From NCBI GenBank assembly GCA_965279375.1, contig OZ257156.1, positions 4,128,001-4,192,000 of the forward strand: a DNA stretch of 64,000 bases, given 5' to 3'. Numbering within the stretch: position 1 is the stretch's first letter; each line of letters starts with the position of its first letter. Positions 1 through 9,317 of this stretch are shown here, piece by piece. Position numbers and translations under genes: made by a program. The notes beneath the pieces were generated by a model. That model searched no databases and had not been told where the DNA came from. It saw only the letters and a program-made list of their open reading frames with translations. Origin of the DNA: Gemmatimonas sp. GTDB taxonomy: Bacteria; Gemmatimonadota; Gemmatimonadetes; Gemmatimonadales; Gemmatimonadaceae.

Positions 1-704
1 ACATCGAAGATGACGACGACGGTACCACGCGCCTTGGACGGTACAGGAATGGGCGGAAGGAAGAGCTCCGTGGGCGCGGGCGGATAGACCGTGCCTGGTC
101 CGCCGCCGGTTCCGGCGCCGACGCTGCTTCCCTTCCCTGTGCCGATCCCTGATCCGACGCCACCGCCGCTTCCAGGGCCAGAGCCAGCGCTGCCATCGGT
201 GCCGGATCCACCGCCGGTGCCAGTCACCGCCGACTTCACGTCAGCGGCGTCAGCGCTGGTCGGCTTTGCAGGAGTGGGCGCGGGCGGTTGCGGCGTTGGC
301 GGTGGAACGACCGGCGGCGGCACGATCGGCGGGATCACGGGCGGCTTGACCGGTGGCACCACCGGGGGCGTCACCGGGGTCGGCGTGGGCGCAATCTTCA
401 CGAACTGCAGCCGTTCGGTCTTGGCGCCGCCAGTGCCCCGATTGCCACCGCCGCCACCGCCCGCCGGTCCAGGTCCACCGGCCCCCAGCACTTCGGACAA
501 CAGTTCTGGCGACGTGAACGGAACGATCAAAAGAAAGATGACCAACAGGTGCAACAACACGGAGACGATCGCGCCGAGCGTGCGCCGGCTCCGCGAGACC
601 GGAATGCCGATAGGCGGACGGTAGCGTGGCCGCTCACGACGCGGCGCTGGCGCTGGCGCATCGAGGCCGTCTGGCCCGCTGGAAATCGGTGGAACGTATC
701 CCAT
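1..704 (-). CDS. TonB-like energy transducer (Pro/Gly-rich linker); 3' end lies beyond the window
   Basis: Translated by hand from ATG at 704 (absent from the ORF track because there is no stop in the window). TM anchor AIVSVLLHLLVIFLL carries the SxxxH motif, followed by a PPVVPP-rich stretch, a Gly-rich stretch and the start of a TonB-C-like domain (ARGTVVVIFDV). Lies downstream of exbD. Confidence 0.8.
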   Translation of the reverse strand, partial: MGYVPPISSGPDGLDAPAPAPRRERPRYRPPIGIPVSRSRRTLGAIVSVLLHLLVIFLLIVPFTSPELLSEVLGAGGPGPAGGGGGGNRGTGGAKTERLQFVKIAPTPTPVTPPVVPPVKPPVIPPIVPPPVVPPPTPQPPAPTPAKPTSADAADVKSAVTGTGGGSGTDGSAGSGPGSGGGVGSGIGTGKGSSVGAGTGGGPGTVYPPAPTELFLPPIPVPSKARGTVVVIFD

Positions 705-878
705 GCGCTGAATGAGAAGCGTGAGAGAACGTGAAGAGGTCCTGCGAGAATGAACACGCGAAGGGCGCCGCGCCCTAAACGTACTACGGCGGACGATCCC
801 GATGGGTTCGTCCGCCGTTCTGCGCAGCGAGCCGGGTGTTGCTACCCGGCCCTATGCGAAAGGGTCACGCAGCAGCGA

Positions 879-1283
879 TCACTTGGGCGGAACGCCGATG
901 ACCTTGACGCCGGCGCCGCGCGCCTGGTCCATGCCCCAGATGACCGCGCTGTACTTCACCGTGGTGTCACCCTTCACGAAGATGACCTTTTCCGGCCGCG
1001 GATCGAAGATCGTCTTGAGGCGCGCGAAGAGCGCATCCTTTTCGACGGGTTCCTTGTTGATCGCGTACTTGTCGTCGGGGAGCACTTCGAGCACGATCTG
1101 GTCGGGCACGACATTGCTCGCCGGCTGCGGCGTCGGATCAGGCAACTGCGTGTCGATCGCCTTGCGGCTCATGGGGATGATCATCATGAAGATGACCAAC
1201 AACACCAGGAGCACGTCGATCATCGGCGTGACGTTCGGTTCGTTGTTGAGGTTGCTGCCTCCACCACCCGCTGACATGCCCAT
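879..1283 (-). CDS. exbD: Biopolymer transport protein ExbD/TolR
   Basis: PNVTPMIDVLLVLLVIFMM transmembrane motif with the conserved Asp; in an operon with exbB and tonB. Confidence 0.93.
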   Translation of the reverse strand: MGMSAGGGGSNLNNEPNVTPMIDVLLVLLVIFMMIIPMSRKAIDTQLPDPTPQPASNVVPDQIVLEVLPDDKYAINKEPVEKDALFARLKTIFDPRPEKVIFVKGDTTVKYSAVIWGMDQARGAGVKVIGVPPK

Positions 1284-1285
1284 GG

Positions 1286-1747
1286 CTAGTTCGTCCCCAC
1301 CTTGATCTTATCGCTCGCCACGAGCGACTCGGTCCCAGGCTTCTGTTCGGTGATGAGTGCTGCCACGCGGACGCCCGACTTCGAGAGGCGATCGAGGGCA
1401 TCGATGACCTTCACGTACTGGAGGTCCTTGTGGGCCTTTACGTACATGATGTAATCGTCGCGCGGCTGGTCGTAGATCTGCTTGACCAGCGTCTCGAGGT
1501 CTTCGTTGCGGACGGGCTTCTTGTTCAGGTAATACCGGCCCTGATCGTCGATGCCGAGCACCTGGTCGCCGTCTTCTTCCGGATGGGTCTTCATGTTCTG
1601 ACCTTCCGGCGGGACCGCCGTGAAGCCCGCGTTGATCTGCGGCACGACGATCATGAAGATGACGAGGAGCACGAGCATCACGTCGATCATGGGGGTGACG
1701 TTCGGATCGGCTTTTACACCGCCTCCACCGCTGACTGCCATACCCAT
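1286..1747 (-). CDS. exbD: Biopolymer transport protein ExbD/TolR (second paralog)
   Basis: PNVTPMIDVMLVLLVIFMI motif; AGGAG RBS upstream. Confidence 0.93.
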   Translation of the reverse strand: MGMAVSGGGGVKADPNVTPMIDVMLVLLVIFMIVVPQINAGFTAVPPEGQNMKTHPEEDGDQVLGIDDQGRYYLNKKPVRNEDLETLVKQIYDQPRDDYIMYVKAHKDLQYVKVIDALDRLSKSGVRVAALITEQKPGTESLVASDKIKVGTN

Positions 1748-1844
1748 ATCGCGACACTCCTTTCGTTACGTCGTCCGCGCGGCGCCCTTGACGAGCGCGC
1801 GCGTGACGACCGGTTCGTTCTGTCAGCTGCGAACAGCCAGCGAG

Positions 1845-2576
1845 TTACTGCGAGATGGCCTGACCGCCGGCCGTGTTGAACTCACGGGTGAAGCGCGAGC
1901 GACCGAATTCGCCGGAGACGCCCTTGATGAGATAGTCGATCATTTCCTTCGACGTGTACGTCATCTCGGCCGTCAGGTTGTCGATCTTCGTCTGGAAGTA
2001 GTTGAACGCCCACACGGCCGGGATGGCGACGCCGATACCGATGGCCGTCGTGATCAGGGCTTCGGCGACACCGCCGGCGATGGCGGAGATACCACCGGCG
2101 CCCGACGTGGCCATGCCGGTGAAGGAGTTAACGATGCCCATCGTGGTGCCGAGCAGACCGACGAACGGCGCTGTGGCGCCAACCGTCGCGAGCACGCCCG
2201 TGCCGCGCTTCATGTCAACGATCGTCATGAGCATCTCGCGCTCGACCGCACGCTCGGCCGAGTTGATGTCGGCAACCGTCACCGAGCCATCCTGGATGAG
2301 CGGACGAATTTCACCGAGCGCACCACCGAGCACGCGGGCCACATGCGACTTCTTGTAGCCTTCGGCCAGCTTGATGGCTTCGTTGAGGTTGTCCTCTTCG
2401 AGGAACTGCGAGAATTCCGGGGCGAACTTACGCGTCTCGGCCTGCGCCTTGCGCAGGTTCCACCACTTCGAGATGAGCACCGTGAACGAGAAGGCGGACA
2501 TGCCGAGCAGCGTGAAGACGATGCCCTTGGCAAACCAACCCATCGACGAATACAGCTCCATCAGCGACATGTTCAT
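1845..2576 (-). CDS. exbB: MotA/TolQ/ExbB proton channel
   Basis: LATVGATAPFVGLLGTTMGIVNSF and GVAEALITTAIGIGVAIPA motifs. Confidence 0.94.
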   Translation of the reverse strand: MNMSLMELYSSMGWFAKGIVFTLLGMSAFSFTVLISKWWNLRKAQAETRKFAPEFSQFLEEDNLNEAIKLAEGYKKSHVARVLGGALGEIRPLIQDGSVTVADINSAERAVEREMLMTIVDMKRGTGVLATVGATAPFVGLLGTTMGIVNSFTGMATSGAGGISAIAGGVAEALITTAIGIGVAIPAVWAFNYFQTKIDNLTAEMTYTSKEMIDYLIKGVSGEFGRSRFTREFNTAGGQAISQ

Positions 2577-2612
2577 GGTGCGGGTCTCCGTGCAACGAAA
2601 GGAAGAAGAGAA

Positions 2613-3329
2613 CTAGCGATTGAGCGAGAACTGGAACGGCTGCTGTACGAGCTGCTTCACCTTGCGACCACCCACTTCAGCGGGCAGGAACTTCATACGC
2701 TGCAGCGCATTCTTGACCGAGGTCGAGAAGAGGTCGTTGTCCGACTTGAGCACCTTGAAGGTGGCCATGTCCGCACGACCGGTCGTATCGACGACGAACT
2801 GCGCGAGGACCGTGCCCTCGATACCAGCAGAACGCAGCATGTCCGGGTACGCAGGACCCGTGGCGCCAGGCGCCATCACGACAGGCTTTTCTACTTGGAA
2901 ATCGAAGTACGGCTGGTCGCCCTGCGGTACAGGGCCCTTTCCACCTTCGACACCCTTCGACGTACCACCTGCCACACCCTTACCCGAGAAGTCCGCTTCG
3001 TCGGTGACCTTCTTTGAAAGGTCGATATCAGGGATGATGTTGGGGATTTCGATCGGCGCGGAAAGCACCTGGAACCCCTTCGGCGGTGGCGGTGCAGCCA
3101 CAGCGTCCGGTGGTGGGGGTGGCTTCTCCGGCTCGGGCGGCTTGGGTTCGTCCTTCTTCACCTCGACGAAGTCCACCTTCTCTTCCTTCGTCTTTTCGTT
3201 CTTCAAGCCGGCATTGGCCGTGACAACGACAAGCGCCGCCACGATACCCGCGTGAAAAACGACGGAAAAGAGTGACCCACCCAAGGTTTTCTGCTTCTTC
3301 GCCTTCGATTCAACCAGATTGTTAAACAT
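2613..3329 (-). CDS. tonB: Energy transducer TonB
   Basis: SVVFH TM anchor, Pro-rich linker, C-terminal YPDMLRSAGIEGTVLAQFVVDTTGR...FQFSL. Confidence 0.93.
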   Translation of the reverse strand: MFNNLVESKAKKQKTLGGSLFSVVFHAGIVAALVVVTANAGLKNEKTKEEKVDFVEVKKDEPKPPEPEKPPPPPDAVAAPPPPKGFQVLSAPIEIPNIIPDIDLSKKVTDEADFSGKGVAGGTSKGVEGGKGPVPQGDQPYFDFQVEKPVVMAPGATGPAYPDMLRSAGIEGTVLAQFVVDTTGRADMATFKVLKSDNDLFSTSVKNALQRMKFLPAEVGGRKVKQLVQQPFQFSLNR

Positions 3330-3390
3330 CGGGCTCGTCCGGGTACGGGTCGCAGAGCCCGGGGATGCTCCCCGGGGACTGACTGCAGCG

Positions 3391-3418
3391 ATTCTACGCC
3401 CCAGAGATGATCCAGCAA
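3391..3418 (-). promoter_or_regulatory. Putative sigma70 promoter of the tonB-exbB-exbD-exbD operon
   Basis: Minus strand TTGCTG (3418-3413), 16 nt spacer, TAGAAT (3396-3391), about 60 nt upstream of the tonB ATG. Confidence 0.55.
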
Positions 3419-3619
3419 TGGCGAAAAGATTAGCATTGGATTAATCCGAGGTTAGCATTCCCCTCATTGAGTCGATGGCGTTCGCGACATTCGCGCTCGA
3501 CTCACCCCGGCTTCGTTACACCACGCGAGACTGAGCCCGTCAACCGTACGTCGTACGGCGCGTGTTGCGCGTCACACCCCGCGGCCTCGACACCGACTCA
3601 TCGCGGCTTCAACGCCGCC

Positions 3620-4459
3620 TCACCGCCGCGCGCGCGTCCACAGCGCGATCACGCCGCAACTGCCACCCGCCTGATTGAACTGCGACGGGATCTCGCTGGC
3701 GCCGACATACACCTCTACCGCATCCAGCAGATCGACGCTCACCCCATCGATCACGCTCGGCGGTGCCGTCCGGCCGCCTCGTGCCGGCTGACCGATAGGC
3801 GGCGCTGGCGGTGCCCCGCGCTCGTCATCGAGTTGCACGCCGTCGAGATAGACCGACATGGGGCAGTCGCTCAATCCGCCCGCACGACGCGTGCGCGGCA
3901 CGAATCCGCTCCCCGACGCCACCAGGCGTACCGACGGCACTCGCCGCAACAGATCACTGGTCCGTCGCGGTGCCAGCGAATCGATCGACTGCCGATCGAA
4001 GATGTGCCCACGCGCATTCACTCGACGCCCCTCGAGCCCCGGCACGTCAGAGCGGCGCGCGGTGCGCACCACCTCGGGCAACCTCTGCGCACTCGCCACC
4101 AACTCCACCGGCAGCTCGAAGCGACCGCCCACGGTCAGCTCCACGCGTTCCTCGACCGGTGCGAATCCCAGCACCTCCACGCGGATCACGTACGCGCCCA
4201 ACGGCCTGTCCGCAAAGCGAACCCGCCCCTGCTCGTCGGTGCGCGCAAAACCCGACCGTGCTCCGTCTACCGACACGAGCACCCCCCGCAACGCGCGCGT
4301 GCCACGCGCGTCCACGGCGCGCACCACCACGGTCAAGGCCGCGACGCGCGTCGAATCGACGGCGCGTGCGTCCTGCGCACCAAGAACGGAACGCGCCGCA
4401 CCCGTCCAGAGGCTCATTGCGAGTCCCCGAACGAGTGCGGCCCGAGACCAGCACCACAT
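3620..4459 (-). CDS. Exported protein with a carboxypeptidase-regulatory-like domain and a TonB-receptor plug-like domain, no beta-barrel
   Basis: ARTDEQGRVRF...GAYVIRVEVLGF (CarboxypepD_reg-like), then DLLRRVPSV...VYLDG...DAVEVY...CGVIALWT (plug-like). Start uncertain (4459 or 4417). Confidence 0.75.
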   Translation of the reverse strand: MWCWSRAALVRGLAMSLWTGAARSVLGAQDARAVDSTRVAALTVVVRAVDARGTRALRGVLVSVDGARSGFARTDEQGRVRFADRPLGAYVIRVEVLGFAPVEERVELTVGGRFELPVELVASAQRLPEVVRTARRSDVPGLEGRRVNARGHIFDRQSIDSLAPRRTSDLLRRVPSVRLVASGSGFVPRTRRAGGLSDCPMSVYLDGVQLDDERGAPPAPPIGQPARGGRTAPPSVIDGVSVDLLDAVEVYVGASEIPSQFNQAGGSCGVIALWTRARR

Positions 4460-4489
4460 CGCTGCCGTCCGTCGCGAACGCGTTACCGC

Positions 4490-5896
4490 CTACGGATTGC
4501 GGTCGGTGCACCCCTTGTACGCAGTGTTGTTGAACTCCGCGAACGACGGCGTGAGGTTGACGTCGTTGCCGTAGGTGCCGCCCTTGAAATACGCACCCGT
4601 CGGCCAGACGGCGTTGGCCGCACGGCTGTACTGACGCTGCAGACGACGCAGATCGCCCACGCGCGTGGCGTTGAGGTAGAACCAGAACGCGCGCTCACGG
4701 AACGTGAGATTGATGCGTGCGTCGGCCGAACCGGGATCGGTGAGCGGCGGCAGTACTTCCACCGCCGCGCCAATGCCACGCAGCGAGCGGACGGTCGCAT
4801 CGGCCCGCGGCTCGTTGAGCCGTGCCAGCCACGTCGCCACGTCGCCACGACGCAACGCCGCTTCCGCTTCGATCAGCCGCGCCGTCACGCCGCTCACGAG
4901 CGTGCTCGGCGCCGACCCGTTGGCGTAGCCAAGCACGGTGAACACCTGCGTCGATCCATCCTGCCCCAGCCGCGACGTGGTGGTGGTGTTCACGCGCGGA
5001 TCCCGCGCCGAGCGGAAGTCGAGCCCGTTGCCGCCTTCGCGATCCGACGGACCGAAGTTCGCCGTGTTGACCATCCAGTCGAAGACGGTGTTGACGAGCG
5101 TGGTCTGCGAGAACTCGACCGCGTACTGCCAGCTCGTTGGCACCGCAGCAGAACCCGCACCGTCACCGCCCGCCGCAACAGTCGCCGCGGCCGCATCGAA
5201 CTGGCCGAGGTTGAGCTGCGCTCGCGCCTTGGCGACGCGCGCGAGATAGCGGAAGTTCAGATCGGCCGTTGCTGTACCGAGCACCGTCAGCGCGCTATCC
5301 GCCTGCGCGATGGCCCGCTGATAGAGCTGTTGGTTGCTGACGAGCGTGGCAGCTTCGGGCGCCGCATCGTTGACCGTGGAGAGCGGCACGCCGTTGCAGA
5401 AGAGCTCACCGCCGATGTTCAGCGTGATCCCTTGCAACGCGTACAGCTGACCGATGTCGCGACTGCGCGTGGCGCTGGCCGGTACGTACTGGTTCAATGC
5501 ACGCACCGCGCGCACGGCCTGCGTGTAGCTATCGGAGAACTTGTTCCACGCTGCCGCCGGGAACGTGTTCTCGTTGAAGGCGCGCTGATCAATGTGATCG
5601 GCACCGGGGCGCGCGTTGATCAACTCGTCGCTGATCAAGCCGACGTAGATGTTCACGCCGACGTTGGTGGTGCCGCCGTAAAACGACGCGAAGTCGCGCA
5701 ATGCACCGGCACGAATCGCTGCCGCGCCGTTGGGGCTGGCCGCATCTTCCGGACGAATCTGGTCCGGCGTATCGACGCCCAGCAGCTGCTGCCGCTCGCA
5801 CGCCGTCGTCGTCGCCAGCAGCGTCGCGGCGGCGATCATGGCCACGCGTCGATTCGTTCGGCGGGGCATGCGCTGATCATGAGTCATGGCAGTCAT
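4490..5896 (-). CDS. susD: RagB/SusD-family outer membrane lipoprotein
   Basis: Lipobox TTAC; ARLIEAEAAL; ERAFWFYLNATRVGDLRR. ATG at 5896 is 1 nt after the susC stop. Confidence 0.88.
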   Translation of the reverse strand: MTAMTHDQRMPRRTNRRVAMIAAATLLATTTACERQQLLGVDTPDQIRPEDAASPNGAAAIRAGALRDFASFYGGTTNVGVNIYVGLISDELINARPGADHIDQRAFNENTFPAAAWNKFSDSYTQAVRAVRALNQYVPASATRSRDIGQLYALQGITLNIGGELFCNGVPLSTVNDAAPEAATLVSNQQLYQRAIAQADSALTVLGTATADLNFRYLARVAKARAQLNLGQFDAAAATVAAGGDGAGSAAVPTSWQYAVEFSQTTLVNTVFDWMVNTANFGPSDREGGNGLDFRSARDPRVNTTTTSRLGQDGSTQVFTVLGYANGSAPSTLVSGVTARLIEAEAALRRGDVATWLARLNEPRADATVRSLRGIGAAVEVLPPLTDPGSADARINLTFRERAFWFYLNATRVGDLRRLQRQYSRAANAVWPTGAYFKGGTYGNDVNLTPSFAEFNNTAYKGCTDRNP

Positions 5897-5897
5897 C

Positions 5898-8800
5898 TCA
5901 GTACCCCAGGTTGACGCGCAACGTCCAGTAACGCAGGAGCGGCGCAGAGAAGAAGTCGTTGTTGCCACCGCCGGTGTTATTGACGCTACCGTTCGATTCC
6001 GGATCGATGCCCGGGAAGCGCGTCCACAGGAGGCCGATGTTGCGACCCACCAGCGAAACGGTTGCACTGCGCGCCTTCATCTTGTTCGCGTACGACGTCG
6101 GCAGCGTGTAGCCGACCGACAGCTCGCGGAAGCGAATGAAATCGTTGGGCGTGAAGTAGCCCCACACGCTGTTGCCCAGACGCGCACTCGTGGTCACCAC
6201 GGCCGCCGCCTGATCGGCCAGTGGCGCCGTCTTGTCGTTCACGCCGCGGCAATTGCCCGAAATGCACCGCTGATTCTCGAAGCCCCACTGGTTGTAGTGG
6301 CCGCCGCGATAGTCGATCAGCGTGCTCACCTGCACCGTGTTCTTGAAGAAGCCGAACGTGTTCGACCATCCTGCCTCGTTGACGGGGAGCGTGGCGCCCT
6401 TGTACTCGGCGGTGTCGCCCACGACGATCTCGCTCTCGGTCAGGATGCCGTCGTTGTTGGCATCGGTGTAGCTCTTGATCGGACGCGCCCACAAGCCGAA
6501 CGCCGGATAGCCGACGACGTTGCGCGAGCCCTGGGTTACCGCGAGCTGTGCCTTGCCCGCGTCGACCAGCTTGTTCTTGATGTGCGAGCCGTTCAAGCGC
6601 GCGCTCCACGTGAGCCACTTGCGATCGAGCAACGTGAGATCGATCGACAACTCGCCGCCGGCGTTCATCACGGCCGCGATATTCTGCCACTGGCTCGCGC
6701 CGGCGCCGAAGCTCGGCGGCAGCGGGTTCTGGAAGAGCGCGTCCTTGGACAGCTTGCGGAAGTACGTGGCTTCCACGTTCACGCGATTGCCGAACAGCGC
6801 CGCATCAAAGCCGGTCTCCGTTTCGGTCGTGACTTCAGGGCGCAGATCGGAGTTGCCGATGGCGCCAAGTCGAAGCGCACCGACTTCCGTTCCACCGAGC
6901 GGCACCGTGTTGGCATTGAGGAACTGCAGCGCGGCGATCGTGCTCGGCTGCACGCCCGCCTGTCCCCAAGCCGAACGGAAGCGCAGGTTGTTCAACTTGC
7001 TCCACTGCGGGAACCATGACTCTTCGGTGAGCACGTACGACAGCGCGAAACGCGGATAGAGCGTGTTCGTCGCATTGCGACCGAAGGCGCTGTTCTGATC
7101 CGTGCGCACGCTGCCCGTCAGGAACAGCCGATCATTCCACGACAGGTCCTGCTGCAGGTAAGCGCCGAACGTGGCGTTCTCCGAGGTGAACTCACTCGCC
7201 GTGCGAATCGACGCCGAGTTGGGCGTCTGCGCGCCCGGCGGCAGCGTGTACCCCTGCACCACCGTTTCGTACTGCGTGTCCTTGAACCACTGCGCACCAA
7301 CGCTCGTCTTGGACGCGATCGTGGGAGAGAGCGCGAAGCTTGCTGTCGAACCGAGATCGACCGAGTAGCGCGAGAACACGTTGCGGTTGGCGTCCTTGCC
7401 GCCCGTCTGCCCCGGCGGCCCCCAGCCGGTGACCGTACCTTCGTTCGCACGTGCGAAGCGATACGAGTAGCCGTTGAGCTGATCGAGTCCGATCACGGCG
7501 CGATTGGCCAGCCACGACACCGGCTTCCAGTTGAACTGCGTCGAGCCGGTGAATCGCTGGTCGCGCTTGGATTGCGTCACGGAGAGAATGTCCCCGGTGA
7601 ACTGCGCCGAATTGCCGTTGAATGCTGTGCGGAATCCCGGCGCGAAGTACGTCTGGAACGAGAGGCCTGCGAAGAAGCCACCATCGAACGGACTGAGCAG
7701 CGACCGATCGATGTAGCCCGTGGAGACGGTCATGTCCGCCGTCTTGCCCAACGGGAACGTGAAGTTGCCGCGCAACGACGTCTGCGTGAGCTGATTGGGG
7801 TTGATCTGATCCGCACGCGGGCGCGAGCCGCGCAGTGTGGTCAGTCGGCTGATTTCAGCGGCGGGCATTTCGTAGGGACCCGTCTCCGCCATGCGCTCCG
7901 CAGAGAAGAAGTACTTGAGATTGTCGTTGCCGCCGGACGCGTTGATGCCGAACGAGTAGCGCGGCTGGTCCTTGAATGGCGACGTCTCCGCGTTCATGAG
8001 CGGATTGAACGTCGTCAACGAATCGCGCACGCAGCGATTGAGCGACTGATCGCCCAAGCGGCAGAGCACCGCCGCGGCCGTCGGCGTACCGTTGACGATG
8101 TTGCGTCCCCACGACCGATAGTTGTCGAAGAACTGCGCCGGTTGACCGACGGTTCCGTATTCCGCCGTGGTGGCCCACCGTGTCGCGCCGGTACGACCGC
8201 GCTTGGTCTTGATGACGAGCACGCCATTGGCGGCGGCGGTCCCGTACAGTGCGGATGCGGACGGCCCCTTGAGAATGTCGACCGACTCGATCTCTTCGGG
8301 GTTGATACCGCTGAAGTTGTTGATGCGCTGCGTCGAGAAGTTGCCGGGCGCGGGCGAGTTGTCGATACGCACACCGTCCACGATGATCAACGGCTCGTTG
8401 GACAGTGAGAGCGAGCTGGTGCCACGAATGCGGATGGACGACGAGGTGCCCGTCTGACCCGAGCCTTGAATGATCTGCACGCCAGCAACGCGCCCCTGCA
8501 ACATCTCGTTCACATTCGTGGCCGCAGCCTTCTCGGCCAGGGAATCGAACTTGACCGTCGCAACGACGTTGCCGTACGACTTGCGCGACTGTTCACCGGT
8601 GGCGGTCGTGACGACGGCATCGAGCGTCTTCACCGCCGTCTCCAGCGTGAAGTCCACCGTGACATCGCCACCTGCGGTGACCTGTACCGTCTTGGAGACC
8701 GGCTGGTAGCCAAGTCGAACGACGCGAATGAGCACCGATCCGGGCGAGACGCCGAGCAACACGTAGCGGCCGTCCGCTCCCGTGAGATTGCCCTGACGGG

Positions 8801-8954
8801 TGCCCGCCACGATGACCTGCGCAGCGGCCAACGGATTGTTCGTTCCCGTTTCGAGCACGCGACCACGAACGGTGCCGCCTCGGTCCTGCGCGCGCAGCAG
8901 CGCCGGTATGCATCCCGCGACCAGTGCTGCCGTTGCCAACCATTTCCTTCGCAT
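5898..8954 (-). CDS. susC: SusC/RagA-family TonB-dependent outer membrane transporter
   Basis: Plug motif INPEEIESVDILKGPSASALYGTAAANGVLVIKTKRG; C-terminal beta-signal VNLGY; AGGAG RBS before ATG 8954. Confidence 0.95.
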   Translation of the reverse strand: MRRKWLATAALVAGCIPALLRAQDRGGTVRGRVLETGTNNPLAAAQVIVAGTRQGNLTGADGRYVLLGVSPGSVLIRVVRLGYQPVSKTVQVTAGGDVTVDFTLETAVKTLDAVVTTATGEQSRKSYGNVVATVKFDSLAEKAAATNVNEMLQGRVAGVQIIQGSGQTGTSSSIRIRGTSSLSLSNEPLIIVDGVRIDNSPAPGNFSTQRINNFSGINPEEIESVDILKGPSASALYGTAAANGVLVIKTKRGRTGATRWATTAEYGTVGQPAQFFDNYRSWGRNIVNGTPTAAAVLCRLGDQSLNRCVRDSLTTFNPLMNAETSPFKDQPRYSFGINASGGNDNLKYFFSAERMAETGPYEMPAAEISRLTTLRGSRPRADQINPNQLTQTSLRGNFTFPLGKTADMTVSTGYIDRSLLSPFDGGFFAGLSFQTYFAPGFRTAFNGNSAQFTGDILSVTQSKRDQRFTGSTQFNWKPVSWLANRAVIGLDQLNGYSYRFARANEGTVTGWGPPGQTGGKDANRNVFSRYSVDLGSTASFALSPTIASKTSVGAQWFKDTQYETVVQGYTLPPGAQTPNSASIRTASEFTSENATFGAYLQQDLSWNDRLFLTGSVRTDQNSAFGRNATNTLYPRFALSYVLTEESWFPQWSKLNNLRFRSAWGQAGVQPSTIAALQFLNANTVPLGGTEVGALRLGAIGNSDLRPEVTTETETGFDAALFGNRVNVEATYFRKLSKDALFQNPLPPSFGAGASQWQNIAAVMNAGGELSIDLTLLDRKWLTWSARLNGSHIKNKLVDAGKAQLAVTQGSRNVVGYPAFGLWARPIKSYTDANNDGILTESEIVVGDTAEYKGATLPVNEAGWSNTFGFFKNTVQVSTLIDYRGGHYNQWGFENQRCISGNCRGVNDKTAPLADQAAAVVTTSARLGNSVWGYFTPNDFIRFRELSVGYTLPTSYANKMKARSATVSLVGRNIGLLWTRFPGIDPESNGSVNNTGGGNNDFFSAPLLRYWTLRVNLGY

Positions 8955-9182
8955 GCGCTGCTCCTGTCCGAAAGAGGGCCACGCCAACGGTCACCTCCCA
9001 TTCGATGACCGCACTCCCACCACTCACAGCTCACACCAACAGGCTCGGACCACCACGTGAATACGCGTCAACTCGATCTCAAGAGAGTGCGCGGCGCGTT
9101 TGCCTGATGCGATTGTCGCGCTCCATCGAGGCGACCCTCCAATCCACCCGAGGCGGCACAGCGCACGCCATCATCACCGGAA

Positions 9183-9229
9183 TGTCACGGTGACAGTGCT
9201 ACAATCGGAGCCCGATCTTGCGCTGTCAA
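9183..9229 (-). promoter_or_regulatory. Putative susC1 promoter with a palindromic operator
   Basis: Minus strand TTGACA (9229-9224), 17 nt, GATTGT (9206-9201), then palindrome TGTCAC-N-GTGACA (9183-9195) at the expected start site. Confidence 0.5.
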
Positions 9230-9317
9230 GCGAAGAGCGCACAACCGCGGCGACCGTTCGCGCGAAGAATACGGCTCCCGGGGGCGCACCGGCTTCCGCC
9301 CTCACCGTCAGGCGGCG

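Noticed and set aside
91..624. Pro/Gly-rich plus-strand ORF and repeat-like DNA
   Set aside because: Mirror of the Pro/Gly linker of the minus-strand TonB-like gene; low-complexity coding DNA, not a repeat array.
3467..5914. 815 aa plus-strand ORF
   Set aside because: Lies opposite susD1 and the plug protein; Arg-rich shadow frame.
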